The notes: generated from the letters alone by a model not told the origin. Shown: positions 17,371-27,152, counted from the first letter of the stretch. The stretch: DNA of 64,000 nt from Abditibacterium sp. (GCA_965199495.1 CBDASK010000003.1:4256001-4320000); one strand, 5' to 3'. Program-made: numbers and translations.

Positions 17371-19832
17371 TGCAAAACCGCCTTGCACAGCGCCCGCGCG
17401 CATTCGACCGAAACCGCGTTGCCAATCATCTTCATCTTGTCCTTTTTGGTGCCGGTGAACTCGTAATCCTCAAAGCCCATCGCCGCCGCGCATTCGTGCG
17501 GTTGCAGCATCCGAAACCGAATGTCCATCAGGCCATAGGTCACGCCATCGCGCTCGAAAACTGCAATCGGCTCCGGCTGGCATAAACCAAAGTGGTCTTT
17601 GGTCGTCACCGTTGGGAGCGGTAAGTCGCACGGTGCCGCGCCCGACTGCCCGTAGAACTGCACCATAAACGGCTCGGCGAGCGCGTAACGGTTCGACGTA
17701 TCCAGCGTGCGTAGCGGCTCTTCGACGGAGTAAACGCGCTTTTCGGCGCGGTCGCTGTCGTCGTGAAATTGCACGATGAACGGTTCACAGAGCGCGTGAT
17801 GTTTGCCGGTCGTGGTGATCGTCGAGAGCGGCGCGTCCAGACTGGCGGCATCGCGATTGTTGCGGAAGATGACCAGAAATGGCTCGCATAAAGCAAGCTC
17901 GCTTTGGGTTGTCAGGGTTGGGAGGCACGCGTCCAAATCATGAACGCGCCCCACGCGATTGTCGCCACCACTGTGAGTGATGGGCATAACGAAATCAACG
18001 CCGCCAAACTTCTTCAGTCCCGCCGCGATGCGCGCCAACGTCTTGTCTGCCAGCGGCTTCTTGCGCCCAAAAATGCTGCTGCCTTCGAGCGACCAATCGA
18101 TGATTTCGCGCGCGGCGCGATGACGATTCTGCGTGAACAGTTCTGGCGTCGCCGAGTGCGTTCTTGTTGGCCAGCGCATTTTTCGCCGACGCGAAGCCAC
18201 GATGAACAACCGCCGCCGCGCCGTGGCTGCTCCGTAGTCAGCGGAGTTGAGCACGTCAAAGTCAACGTGATAGCCCAGTGATTCGAGAGCGTTGCACCAC
18301 GCGCGAAAGACCTCGCCCTTTTTGTGCGGTATCGGGCGCCCTTTGGCGTTGAGCGGCCCCCACGTGCAGTTGTGAACAACCATTCCATCAGCGATGAAGC
18401 TGTGATCTTCATGCACAGTAAGGTCGTAAACCACCACGTTCTGCTGTGCTGGCGTGACACTGCGAACTCTCGTCCAGCGATGAAGATCATCGTTCCACCA
18501 CTCGATGTCGAGGTTTTTCTTCCACTTCCATGTGAGATAGTAGCCACCTTTCCCGTTGATCTCGCGCCCGTTCAGCAACGCAAATGAACCAGCTTTCATG
18601 GGCGTTATTCCCGCAGAAATGCCCATTGACTCCAGTAGCAGCTTCAATCCCACAGCGAGGCGCCGGGACACTGTGCCTGCATACCAGCGATTATTACGCG
18701 GATTGAGATGACCATCCGCCTGTGAATAGCCGTCAATTAAGGCGCGCTTGCACTCGTCTGGGAGCGATAATGCCCAAGTTGGAATCGTTTTGTAGTGCGC
18801 GTGTTCGCCGAAATAGGCCGTCAGCCACTCGGCCATCTCCCGATTTGTAGTTTCAAACACAACTACGCTTGCCCTTTCTTGCCTGTTCCATGTCAAGCCG
18901 CAGACGGACTTAAGTTGGGATTCCAGAAGGTCGGCTTCGGCGTGATTACCACAGATGCGGACCCCATCGGCGCGCCCTCGGCGATGCCGAATCCAGCCAT
19001 CGCCCAGCCACAATCCAACCATTCGCCAAAACGCCGGGTCAAACGGATTGACCACGCACGAGGCAATGATGGGTGCCATCACTGGCGACGTGTGTGGCGT
19101 GGCCCATGCAAAGCCCGAATACCGCTTTTGATACGTCGTCATGTTGCTTCTGTCGGGCACGAGGTTTCGCGCTTCCGTCCAAGATTCCTTTCCTAAAACT
19201 GCTTTGTGGCGACCGCTTGTTCCGCCCCAACATTCGACTTCGATGGGACGACTATAAAACGGATGGTCATCTGTGCATTCGATGATGGAGTTGCCGCCTC
19301 CTACGACGCGCATTGTGTTGGCTACGCGCGAAGTTAATGCGGTGACTGCTCGATAGCGGCCCTTATGGGTCAGGACGCGCATTCCGACCTCAACCTCCTC
19401 AATGGGCAATAATCCATTATCGGTGACGACAACGGTGCCTGACGGAAAACAGAACTCGCGCACGTTCTCGACGATGATATTGTCGATGCGCAACGCATCG
19501 GCCCAACGGACGATATGCCACGCCGATGCGCGCGATTGATCCGACATCGGCACGCCGCCGCGCGCGTTGGAAAAATGCACGCATTCGGGCGAAGCGAGCA
19601 GAATGTTCAGCCGTCCGCCTGGATGCACTTTGCGCGGATCCACGTTATCAAGATTCTCGCATAAGTGGCGCACGCCGGGATGGTTGAGCGAATGCGTTTC
19701 GATGGCGCGCGGCCAGTGATTGACCGCCAGTAACTCGGCAGTTCTTTCCAGATCGGCGCACGCATGCAGCAAACCGGTCGAGAATCCGCCCGCGCCCGCA
19801 AAGAGGTCAGCGGCTTGAAGTGTGTTTTTCAT
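17367..19832 (-). CDS. DNA cytosine-5 methyltransferase containing an intein
   Basis: DLFAGAGG, ASPECVHFS, ENV, YGAATARRRLF, RML.P.E, GNAV. Confidence 0.92.
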   Translation of the reverse strand: MKNTLQAADLFAGAGGFSTGLLHACADLERTAELLAVNHWPRAIETHSLNHPGVRHLCENLDNVDPRKVHPGGRLNILLASPECVHFSNARGGVPMSDQSRASAWHIVRWADALRIDNIIVENVREFCFPSGTVVVTDNGLLPIEEVEVGMRVLTHKGRYRAVTALTSRVANTMRVVGGGNSIIECTDDHPFYSRPIEVECWGGTSGRHKAVLGKESWTEARNLVPDRSNMTTYQKRYSGFAWATPHTSPVMAPIIASCVVNPFDPAFWRMVGLWLGDGWIRHRRGRADGVRICGNHAEADLLESQLKSVCGLTWNRQERASVVVFETTNREMAEWLTAYFGEHAHYKTIPTWALSLPDECKRALIDGYSQADGHLNPRNNRWYAGTVSRRLAVGLKLLLESMGISAGITPMKAGSFALLNGREINGKGGYYLTWKWKKNLDIEWWNDDLHRWTRVRSVTPAQQNVVVYDLTVHEDHSFIADGMVVHNCTWGPLNAKGRPIPHKKGEVFRAWCNALESLGYHVDFDVLNSADYGAATARRRLFIVASRRRKMRWPTRTHSATPELFTQNRHRAAREIIDWSLEGSSIFGRKKPLADKTLARIAAGLKKFGGVDFVMPITHSGGDNRVGRVHDLDACLPTLTTQSELALCEPFLVIFRNNRDAASLDAPLSTITTTGKHHALCEPFIVQFHDDSDRAEKRVYSVEEPLRTLDTSNRYALAEPFMVQFYGQSGAAPCDLPLPTVTTKDHFGLCQPEPIAVFERDGVTYGLMDIRFRMLQPHECAAAMGFEDYEFTGTKKDKMKMIGNAVSVECARALCKAVLQ
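18369..19451 (-). mobile_element. Intein with LAGLIDADG homing endonuclease (361 aa)
   Basis: Starts CFPSGT after ENVREF; block B CTDDHPF; GLWLGDG and LIDGYSQADG; ends VVHN followed by +1 Cys. Confidence 0.92.
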
Positions 19833-20581
19833 CGGGCCGTCACGCTCCCTATAGCGCTGGACGCGGCTTTGCGCTTGATCGCGCGCGCGCGTCTGGCGGC
19901 GGGTGAGATATAGTAGACGTGGGCGACGACCGAGCGCCACGTCTTAGGCTCTCCGCGCTCCGCGATGCCGTTCAGAACGAATTCGCGCAGACGCTCCTGT
20001 TCTTCGTTTTTCTGGCCCGATTTGCCGCGAATGCGATTGGGATAAAGGCCTTTGCTGCGACACTCCGCGATCCATGCCGACTGCTCGTTGTTGAAGGAGA
20101 CGCCATTTTCGACACGCGCCGAGATCGAAGCTGCGATGGAGGCGGTATGGCCCGGCGCGACACACTCGATCCCGTAGGTATGCCGCAACGTTTGCAGAGA
20201 ATGACGCGCGCGCGCCGTGGCTGCCAGCAATTGGGGAAGGTCAGCCAGAGACACCGACGCGCCGAGCGCACGCCAGAACAGCAGTTCGACGGCGCCGAAC
20301 TCGCGCCTTTTGTCGCCACGGCTGCTCCATCGTCTGGCCTTGGCAAAGCCGTCTTCGGCGACCGGGCAACTCTCCCACAAATACGCCGGACGCGCCCGCC
20401 CCGACTTGGCGCAATGGATCGGCACGACGGCCTCGGTCTGGAGTGAGACGCGCCCGCCCTCGAACCGCAGCAAGCGCGAGAAATCGGTCGCGTCGGTCGG
20501 CGTGCAGTGACGGCACCGCAAGCAGGTAATGCCGCGAGCCACAGGAATAGAATCTGGTGGACGAGTGACTTTCGACATCAA
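19829..20581 (-). CDS. Cys-rich hypothetical protein (paralog of 28486..29361)
   Basis: CLRC..C, CAK.G, FN..QSA.I.E, A.RG...W. Confidence 0.6.
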   Translation of the reverse strand: MMSKVTRPPDSIPVARGITCLRCRHCTPTDATDFSRLLRFEGGRVSLQTEAVVPIHCAKSGRARPAYLWESCPVAEDGFAKARRWSSRGDKRREFGAVELLFWRALGASVSLADLPQLLAATARARHSLQTLRHTYGIECVAPGHTASIAASISARVENGVSFNNEQSAWIAECRSKGLYPNRIRGKSGQKNEEQERLREFVLNGIAERGEPKTWRSVVAHVYYISPAARRARAIKRKAASSAIGSVTAR

Positions 20582-20886
20582 TCTCCCTCCTCTTCGGATG
20601 CTTCGGGTTCTGGCGTGTCACCGTTGAGAACGATGTTGACATCCAAGCCGGTCATGCCCGCGATCACCTGGCGAATGTCGTCCACGACTTCGACATCGAT
20701 CTGATGGGGGGAAACCTTGTCGTCGGGCACCGTCAAAACGGCCTTGAGTTGCGGGCGCTCGAACAGGGCGTCGGGCAGCGAGAGGCGCACAGAGATGGCG
20801 ACCTCATCTGGCTTGAGAGCGACGCGTTTGCTGGTGGCTTTCACCGAGCCACGGCTATTGATGTTGAGGATGAATGTGGTTGTCAT
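20578..20886 (-). CDS. Hypothetical phage protein
   Basis: Coupled 102 aa ORF. Confidence 0.6.
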   Translation of the reverse strand: MTTTFILNINSRGSVKATSKRVALKPDEVAISVRLSLPDALFERPQLKAVLTVPDDKVSPHQIDVEVVDDIRQVIAGMTGLDVNIVLNGDTPEPEASEEEGD

Positions 20887-20898
20887 TGTGAGTGTTGG

Positions 20899-21165
20899 TT
20901 AATTGAGGTGCGCTTTGCGCGCGGCCTCGTTAAAGCCGAAGTCGGGCTTCAAAAGAAACTCCGAGCGCGCGGGTTTGGAAGCGCAGGCGCATCGTGGCGC
21001 TATCGCGCGCGTATCTTTTTCCGCGCGCTCGCGGCCCGCTTCGGCTTCGTTGCGTTTGTCCTCGGATTCACGCAGAAGCGAAAGATAGTAACCGCAAGCC
21101 TCCGACAGTTCAAAGGCAATGACGGCAAGAATGATCACGGCGGCAGAGAAAAGGGCGATGGTCAT
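20899..21165 (-). CDS. Small membrane-anchored protein
   Basis: N-terminal hydrophobic helix. Confidence 0.5.
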   Translation of the reverse strand: MTIALFSAAVIILAVIAFELSEACGYYLSLLRESEDKRNEAEAGRERAEKDTRAIAPRCACASKPARSEFLLKPDFGFNEAARKAHLN

Positions 21166-21460
21166 AAAGCGTGTTCCTGTAATTCGGTTGCATTGTCCAT
21201 GTCAGACGCCGGGTTGCCGGTCGCTCTGGCGGCGCGGCGTGCCATCACATAAATGTCGCGGGCGCGGTGCGCATCGTCACGCTCTTCGATGAGCGCCTCG
21301 CACCGCTCTAATATATCCTCGTATTTGCGCGCGGCGTCAATCCACGCGCCCACACAAACGAGGAGGGCAAAAAAAGCCATAACGGCAAAGGCCAGTAGGG
21401 CGCCGACCAAGCAAAGCGTGCCCTGCGTCGGAATCGGAAGTTCAAACATTAATATCTCCT

Positions 21461-21832
21461 TTAAACCATGAATTGAGGCGGCAGGGGAACCGCCGCCTCG
21501 GTCGGGCGCCACAGGTGCAAACAGCAGGGCGCGACGTTCACCCACTGGCTCTGCGGCGGATGCAGTTGCATTACCGCGTCTTCGACGTCCCAGAAGAGCG
21601 CTTTGAGTTCGCACATCTCTTTCCATAACGGGCAGCGGTCGGGCAGCGAGATCGAAACATGTTCCCAACCGTCGCCATCACTCGCGATGACTTTGAAAAT
21701 CGGGCCACCCTTGTGCAAGCAAACGAAGAAGAGGCCGTTGTTGCCGTCGGTGGCATCGGTCGCGTGAGTCCACCATTTGCGATAACGCATCTCGCGCGTG
21801 ACGCGAAAGCGTTCGGGAACGTGAAAAGGCAT
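21461..21832 (-). CDS. Conserved phage protein
   Basis: GWEHVSIS..RCP.W.EMC..K.LFW..QLHPP...VN...CLHLWRP. Confidence 0.8.
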   Translation of the reverse strand: MPFHVPERFRVTREMRYRKWWTHATDATDGNNGLFFVCLHKGGPIFKVIASDGDGWEHVSISLPDRCPLWKEMCELKALFWDVEDAVMQLHPPQSQWVNVAPCCLHLWRPTEAAVPLPPQFMV

Positions 21833-21835
21833 AAA

Positions 21836-22927
21836 TTAATCTTCCTCCAGCGAGATCATGCGGCGCGGTTTGTCCACGATCAGGGTCGTCAACTGCGCCT
21901 CGAGCGTTTTGGCGCTGTCGTGGATCGCGGCGCGCAGGTCGTCCGATTTGCGCAAGGTTTCGGGCTCGATGCCGCTCATCAGTTGGCGCACGTCGCCCAC
22001 GATGGCCGCGAGTTGCGCGTCGTTTGTGATGTTGAGCGCATTGAAATCGTTCATGAAGTCGTTGAGGTTGGTCAGCGTCGAAGCGCGCAAGATCTTGGGC
22101 TTGCCCGCCTTGTCGGGCTGCAACTTCTCGCACAGGTGATCGAGCATTCCGCGCAGACGCACGCGCAGCAGTTGCGCGGCTTGTTCCTGCATCTCCGCCC
22201 ACGAGGCCGCTGCCTTCTCGCGCTCGCGCTCCCAAATGTCGGAGGAGATTTCGCCCAGTGCATCCGGCACGCCCAGCGCGATAAAACGCCACGCGAAACC
22301 GAAGCACTCGGCCACGCAGTCGCGGCTCGGATAATCGTGAAGGTCGAACAGTTCGCGCAACTGGCGGCGCGTCTTGACCAGCAAGCGCGGATAGACCGCG
22401 ACGAATTCGGCGACCAACTCGGCGCGCTCGGTGGCGTAGGCCGACAACTGCGTGTCCAGCACCTCGATCATGCCCAGCGGCACCAGGTAGGTCGCGCGAA
22501 TCGGGCAGGGCAGACACTTGCGCTCGACGAACGCCGTGACCTGCCGGTCGAGGCTCTCGATGCGCCGCAGTTCGTCGCACGCCCACAGCGTCTTGACCAC
22601 GCGCGCCCGTCCCGCGTCGGTATCCACCGCCGCCAGAGTTTGGGCTTCCAAATCATCGCTCTGCACCGCGCTTTGAGTGCGCGCGATCTTGACATCGCCT
22701 TCGCCCAGTTGACGCGTGCGCCCGATCAAGCGGAAGTCAATCGTCACCAGAATCGCTTTGTTCTCGATTAGAGATTCGTTGATCGTAACAGGAGGCGCGA
22801 CCGGTTCTTGAGCGAGCGTTTCGATGTCGGAGAGGGCGTGTTTGGCGGGTTCCTGCGCCATAAAGTCGAAGATGGCGCTTTTGGGCGCCGATGAAGCGGC
22901 GCCGTTTGGGGTAAAATTAGTGTTCAT
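21836..22927 (-). CDS. DUF3150-like helical protein
   Basis: 363 aa; DYPS..F.F.W, LNITND..L, LR..DDLR pattern; position in AAA module. Confidence 0.6.
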   Translation of the reverse strand: MNTNFTPNGAASSAPKSAIFDFMAQEPAKHALSDIETLAQEPVAPPVTINESLIENKAILVTIDFRLIGRTRQLGEGDVKIARTQSAVQSDDLEAQTLAAVDTDAGRARVVKTLWACDELRRIESLDRQVTAFVERKCLPCPIRATYLVPLGMIEVLDTQLSAYATERAELVAEFVAVYPRLLVKTRRQLRELFDLHDYPSRDCVAECFGFAWRFIALGVPDALGEISSDIWEREREKAAASWAEMQEQAAQLLRVRLRGMLDHLCEKLQPDKAGKPKILRASTLTNLNDFMNDFNALNITNDAQLAAIVGDVRQLMSGIEPETLRKSDDLRAAIHDSAKTLEAQLTTLIVDKPRRMISLEED

Positions 22928-22994
22928 TTGAGGAAATGTTTGTCGGTTTACGAGGGCGCTTTGCGGTGACGCGCAAAGCGCCCTTTTCTCGTTT

Positions 22995-23273
22995 CTAAAG
23001 TCGGTTTTCGTGTAGCCACCGCGCTTCGGCTTGCAGCGCCTCGCCGCGCAACGCGAAACCGCTCAAACGCGGCCCACCCACGGGCGAGAGATCGGCGAAC
23101 CACAAACCCCGCGCGTCCGGTTCGACGTGGCTGGCCCGCTCAATCGAAACGGTGCCTTCATCGAAGAGCGGTGCCAGATCGTCATCGTGCAAAAAGCGCA
23201 GATCGCCGTTAGTTTCAACGACGATTTGCAGCGTTTTGTCCGGCGCGCTGCCCAGTGCGCGGTTGCTGCGCAT
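22995..23273 (-). CDS. Small conserved protein of the AAA/DUF2997 module
   Basis: IERASHVEPD..W.ADLSPVGGP.L..F..R.EAL.AE..WL; start uncertain. Confidence 0.65.
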   Translation of the reverse strand: MRSNRALGSAPDKTLQIVVETNGDLRFLHDDDLAPLFDEGTVSIERASHVEPDARGLWFADLSPVGGPRLSGFALRGEALQAEARWLHENRL

Positions 23274-23424
23274 ATTCGGGCGTTTTATGATCGGCGACAG
23301 TTTCGCCCAGCGCCGCCTCGAACTTGGCCGTAAGGTCGCGACAACCCGGCCCAGCATGACCATTAACGGCGACTTCGATCTCGCCGTCGAGGGCGATGGA
23401 TACGATAATTTCTTCATTGTTCAT
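23215..23424 (-). CDS. DUF2997 family protein
   Basis: I..DG.I...V.G..G..C..LT...E.ALG......TPEY. Confidence 0.8.
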   Translation of the reverse strand: MNNEEIIVSIALDGEIEVAVNGHAGPGCRDLTAKFEAALGETVADHKTPEYAQQPRTGQRAGQNAANRR

Positions 23425-23458
23425 CGGAACTCCTTGAGTTGGTTTCAATGCCCTGTTT

Positions 23459-23552
23459 GTGTAGCGACATTGATATACATATTTTAAGAAAATTGAGAGG
23501 GTTTTACAACCTCTGTGCGGGAGAGAAATCGTTACGTAACGATTTCTCTCCC
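23459..23552 (-). promoter_or_regulatory. Palindrome + sigma70 promoter + operator cassette
   Basis: TTGTAA-17-TAAAAT (23509-23481); operator GTGTAGCGACATTGATATAC (23459-23478); 34-bp perfect palindrome (23519-23552). Confidence 0.7.
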
Positions 23553-23559
23553 CTTCATT

Positions 23560-24012
23560 TTACCGTCGACAGACCAGGCGAACTTTGCCGTCCGCTCCCT
23601 GCGACTGGGTGACGCGCATTCCCAAGCGCGCCGCCTGTTTGCGCGCGACCTGCACGCTGTATTCCTGCTGCAATTTTTGGGCGCCCGCGCCGATCACGGC
23701 TTCGAGACCACGCCCCTGCTGCCAGTTGTCGTAGATCAGGGCGTAGCCTTCTCCGTTGGGGTTTTTGACGACGCCGACTTCGTAGGCGCCCGCGTTGCCG
23801 GGGATGCGGATCGCGTGTTCGCATTGCCCGAATTTCTTCGGGTCGAATCCGTTGTTGATGGCGGCTTCGGGAGCAGAATAGTCGTTCATCCACTTTCCAT
23901 ACCATTTGAAAGTTGTCTGGCCTTCGACCAGTTCGAGGCCCAAGACGGCGGCGGCGCGCTTAAGCGCGTCCAAATCTTTGATGATCGTCTTGATGCTACA
24001 AATGTGGCTCAT
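23560..24012 (-). CDS. DUF1257/Ycf35-like protein
   Basis: MSH...IKT.IKD...L..A...LG, Y.L.YD.W, L.Q.Y. Confidence 0.75.
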   Translation of the reverse strand: MSHICSIKTIIKDLDALKRAAAVLGLELVEGQTTFKWYGKWMNDYSAPEAAINNGFDPKKFGQCEHAIRIPGNAGAYEVGVVKNPNGEGYALIYDNWQQGRGLEAVIGAGAQKLQQEYSVQVARKQAARLGMRVTQSQGADGKVRLVCRR

Positions 24013-24449
24013 AATTCCTTCTCCTTATGATCGTCTATTGTCGGGTAAACGATGATGCCCGTTTTTCCCAGTTCGTCCTTCTGTAACTCCACCGTGGTAG
24101 CGCGCACCATCTTCTGAAACTCGTCGCTTTCGACGGAGACGGCGGGGCCTTCGTAAAACCAGCGGCCCCGGTAATGTTTGACTGTATAGCCCGCCGCTTC
24201 GACTTCGCGGCAAAACTGCTCGAAATGCTCTTTCTCGTAAGGTCTGTGCTCTCCAGTTGGCGCGACGGGGTCGCGCCAACGATTGCTGAGTTCGAGTCGT
24301 GCGGTTTCCGCTATCTTCTGGCGGGCGTGGTGACCATTGCCCAGCAAGAGGCCTCGGTTTTCCAGTTGCTCAAATATCTGTGTAGCGGCGTAAACGGCAT
24401 TGGTGATTTCGTTTTCCGCCTCGTGTTTGGTGATTGGTAGTTTTAGCAT
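24009..24449 (-). CDS. Hypothetical phage protein
   Basis: GGAGG RBS before MLKLP; HYRGRWFYEGPAV. Confidence 0.6.
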   Translation of the reverse strand: MLKLPITKHEAENEITNAVYAATQIFEQLENRGLLLGNGHHARQKIAETARLELSNRWRDPVAPTGEHRPYEKEHFEQFCREVEAAGYTVKHYRGRWFYEGPAVSVESDEFQKMVRATTVELQKDELGKTGIIVYPTIDDHKEKEL

Positions 24450-24451
24450 CT

Positions 24452-25975
24452 TTAGTCCTCCAGTTGGGTCGCGCGTCGAGGGCGCGCGGTTGTCGCGGTC
24501 GTGGGCGCACTGCCCAGAGCGCGGTCGTATTGGTAAACGCCGGGCGCGCTCGCCGAGATGAAGCGCCCGCTCGCTCCCGCGCGCAACGCCTCGACTTGAT
24601 CGGCGGCACTTCTCGCCACGGGCACGATGTAGGCGGCGGCTTCTTCGACGCCGATGCTCAGGCGATAGGCCAGCTCGCAACATTGCTTGATTTCGGCGCC
24701 CGTCCAGTTGTCGTCGCCCTTGATGCCATCCGCGCAGGGGATCTCATATTTGCGGGCATAAAGTGCCCAGATCGCGGCGCGTTCGTCGGGCGTTGGCAGA
24801 TCGAAGAAAAACGTGCCAAATGTAAAGCGGCGCCGCAATTCGGGCGACAGAACCGAGAGCGAGTTGCAGGTGGCGAGAAAGAGTGTGCGGCCTCCGGCGA
24901 TGGCTGAAATCACTTTGAGCGCGCCGCGCAGTTGCTGCTCCGATTCGCCGACCAGACTGCCCTTCATGGCGCCAAAATCGAGCGCGACAGTCGGAATGCC
25001 CGCTTCGTTGCCGGTTGCCTTGGCTAATAGCGATTTTGAAGTGCCGGGTGGGCCGATGCAGATGATGCCGGTCGCGTTATTGTCCTGCATCCACGAAAGC
25101 AAGGTGCCCTGCTGATCCTGCGCGACGCCCGACGTATCGCCGCCCCCGCTCGCGCCCGCCAGCGCCTTTTCGATTTCGTCAATGAAGACGATGGCACGCG
25201 GTGGCTCCGCTCCGCCGATCACACGCGAGAGAAAAGTTTTGATGTTTTCCAGTCCGCCGATGCCCGCGAACTTTTCGTCACCGCGCCACACAGAGAGACC
25301 CGGTGTCGCTTCGATGGTCTGGCGCTTGCGCTCCCACAACGCGGGTAAGTCGAGGCCATTTTTAGTCAGGCTCATCGCGCTGACCTGCTCGGCGGGAAAC
25401 TGTGCCAACCCCAAGAGCGCCGAAACCGCGCCCGTTCGGGCGTCGCCTTTGGGCAAAGGCAAACCCGCGTCTTCGTGCGCCGCGTCCACCAGCTTTTCCA
25501 ACTGCGCGCCGTCGGGCAAAGGCTCGTCGAGCAACAGAACATCGTTGCAGAGTTCGGCGGGTAACGAGAACGAAGGCCCCAGCATCACGAGGGTGCGGCG
25601 ATTGGAAGCGAACGGATCGCGCAGGTTGCAAACCGCTTGAATCGCCTTGAGCGCCTCGCCCCCTTGCAGAACACGCGGCGCATTGTGCAGAAACAGGATC
25701 GCGCCCGCCTCCAAACGCAGCGCGCTCGCATAAGCCGACACCGGATTCGCGGAAAACTCGATGTCGTCGGTGCCCAATTGTGCCAGTGCGCCCGCGCCCG
25801 CATCGTTGAGAGGAGTCAGTCCGCGCACTGCGTCCCACTGCGTCAGGGCAGGCGCGTTTCCGTTGAGCGACTGCGCGATATGGGAGATCGTGGCGGTCGG
25901 GTCGGGCGTGTTGATCGCGATGAGAGGAACACTCACGCGGCGCGCCGCTTTGAATTGTGTCAGCAAGGCGGACAT
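24452..25975 (-). CDS. Ycf46-like AAA+ ATPase
   Basis: IGGLENIK, FIDEIEKA, GPPGTSKS, GSLVGESE, RRF..FFFDLP, WTGAEI. Confidence 0.85.
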   Translation of the reverse strand: MSALLTQFKAARRVSVPLIAINTPDPTATISHIAQSLNGNAPALTQWDAVRGLTPLNDAGAGALAQLGTDDIEFSANPVSAYASALRLEAGAILFLHNAPRVLQGGEALKAIQAVCNLRDPFASNRRTLVMLGPSFSLPAELCNDVLLLDEPLPDGAQLEKLVDAAHEDAGLPLPKGDARTGAVSALLGLAQFPAEQVSAMSLTKNGLDLPALWERKRQTIEATPGLSVWRGDEKFAGIGGLENIKTFLSRVIGGAEPPRAIVFIDEIEKALAGASGGGDTSGVAQDQQGTLLSWMQDNNATGIICIGPPGTSKSLLAKATGNEAGIPTVALDFGAMKGSLVGESEQQLRGALKVISAIAGGRTLFLATCNSLSVLSPELRRRFTFGTFFFDLPTPDERAAIWALYARKYEIPCADGIKGDDNWTGAEIKQCCELAYRLSIGVEEAAAYIVPVARSAADQVEALRAGASGRFISASAPGVYQYDRALGSAPTTATTARPRRATQLED

Positions 25976-26457
25976 TATTTGACCTCCTTGTGACCAAAAC
26001 AGGCCACGCTACCGAAGGGCGTTGAACTTCCGCCAGCGTATCGCAGCATCTGGCGCACCGTTTCGGCGGCCTGATTCTGGACGACAATTAACATGGGGTC
26101 TTCTTCGCCCACGAAATTCAACGTCCACAGATCGGCGCCTTTCTCTTCGTCCAAGTTAAGACGATCAATCACCGAGTTATAAATGAGAGTTCCGTGAGGA
26201 TTCAGGCCGAGCAACACGCACACATCGAACGGGTTCTCGATGAAGCGCACGCCCTTCATTCCACCAACGGCATCAAGCAGTGATTCGCTTCCATCGCGCT
26301 CGGCCTCGCGGTCATAGGCCACGACGTAGCGCTCGAACTCGGCGCGCAAAGAATGGGGCAGATTAGCCAACTCGCGCACGAAGCGCGGCAGGAAGACCGG
26401 CGACAAAACGGGGGCCGAAGTGGGTTCGGCGGGAAAGGGGGAGGAAAGTGTTTGCAT
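25975..26457 (-). CDS. Hypothetical phage protein
   Basis: AAGGAG RBS before MQTLSS. Confidence 0.6.
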   Translation of the reverse strand: MQTLSSPFPAEPTSAPVLSPVFLPRFVRELANLPHSLRAEFERYVVAYDREAERDGSESLLDAVGGMKGVRFIENPFDVCVLLGLNPHGTLIYNSVIDRLNLDEEKGADLWTLNFVGEEDPMLIVVQNQAAETVRQMLRYAGGSSTPFGSVACFGHKEVK

Positions 26458-26483
26458 AAGAGAGCGCTCCTTTGCGCCTAATT

Positions 26484-26549
26484 GTATATCAATGTTGATA
26501 CACAACATATTATAAGACCTTTGACGGAGACTAACAAGGTTGATATACA
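26484..26549. promoter_or_regulatory. Overlapping divergent promoters with operator
   Basis: Minus: TTGTTA-17-TATAAT (26537-26509). Plus: TTGACG-17-TATACA (26521-26549). Operator GTATATCAATGTTGATACAC (26484-26503) and half-site at 26539. Confidence 0.7.
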
Positions 26550-26571
26550 AAGAATGGAAGGAATTTTATTT

Positions 26572-26799
26572 ATGGCCAATCCCAAGAAAACCGAATCGAA
26601 AAAATCGACCGAATTGCTGCACGTTCGGATGTCCCCCGAATTCAAAGCGAAGATCAAAGCCACCTTTGAGGCAGGCGTCCCCAGGAAGAACCGCGCCGAG
26701 GATGAAGAGGAGAACTACGAAAGCATCGCCCACTGGATTCGCTCGCTCCTCCAAGAAGACATCAAACGCGCCGAGCGCGAGAAAAAACGCTCGAACTAA
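26572..26799 (+). CDS. Ribbon-helix-helix-type regulator
   Basis: LLHVRMSPEFKAKI...SIAHWIRSLLQEDI; divergent from the early operon. Confidence 0.7.
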   Translation: MANPKKTESKKSTELLHVRMSPEFKAKIKATFEAGVPRKNRAEDEEENYESIAHWIRSLLQEDIKRAEREKKRSN

Positions 26800-26834
26800 A
26801 CCGCGATACCGCAATTAAAAAACGCGGTGTCGCA

Positions 26835-27152
26835 TTACTTTTCGCCCAGCACCTCCCGGATGGATTGATCGATGCGCGCGAGCGGCTCTGCCCGTTTGGC
26901 GCGCTCGGATTTGAGGGCATGAAGCACGAGCGGCACGATATACCGGCTGTCGCCGCAGTGCCCATAGGTCGAAAGCATCGCATCTTCGGGCGCCTGGGCG
27001 CTGGCGATGCAGACCACGTTGCCGATCCGATGGCGCCTTCTCACTTCGACCATCTCCTCGAAGAACGCGTCCAGCGCCGCTTTTGCCGCTTCATCCGACG
27101 GATAGGGCGCGTCCATCTCTTCGTAGAGTTCGGGGTTTGGTTCTGATTCCAT
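26835..27152 (-). CDS. Hypothetical phage protein
   Basis: Start placed at MESEPN. Confidence 0.55.
   Translation of the reverse strand: MESEPNPELYEEMDAPYPSDEAAKAALDAFFEEMVEVRRRHRIGNVVCIASAQAPEDAMLSTYGHCGDSRYIVPLVLHALKSERAKRAEPLARIDQSIREVLGEK

Noticed and set aside
22953..22988. Terminator of the early operon
   Set aside because: The U tract is on the plus strand, opposite to gene direction; its role is unclear
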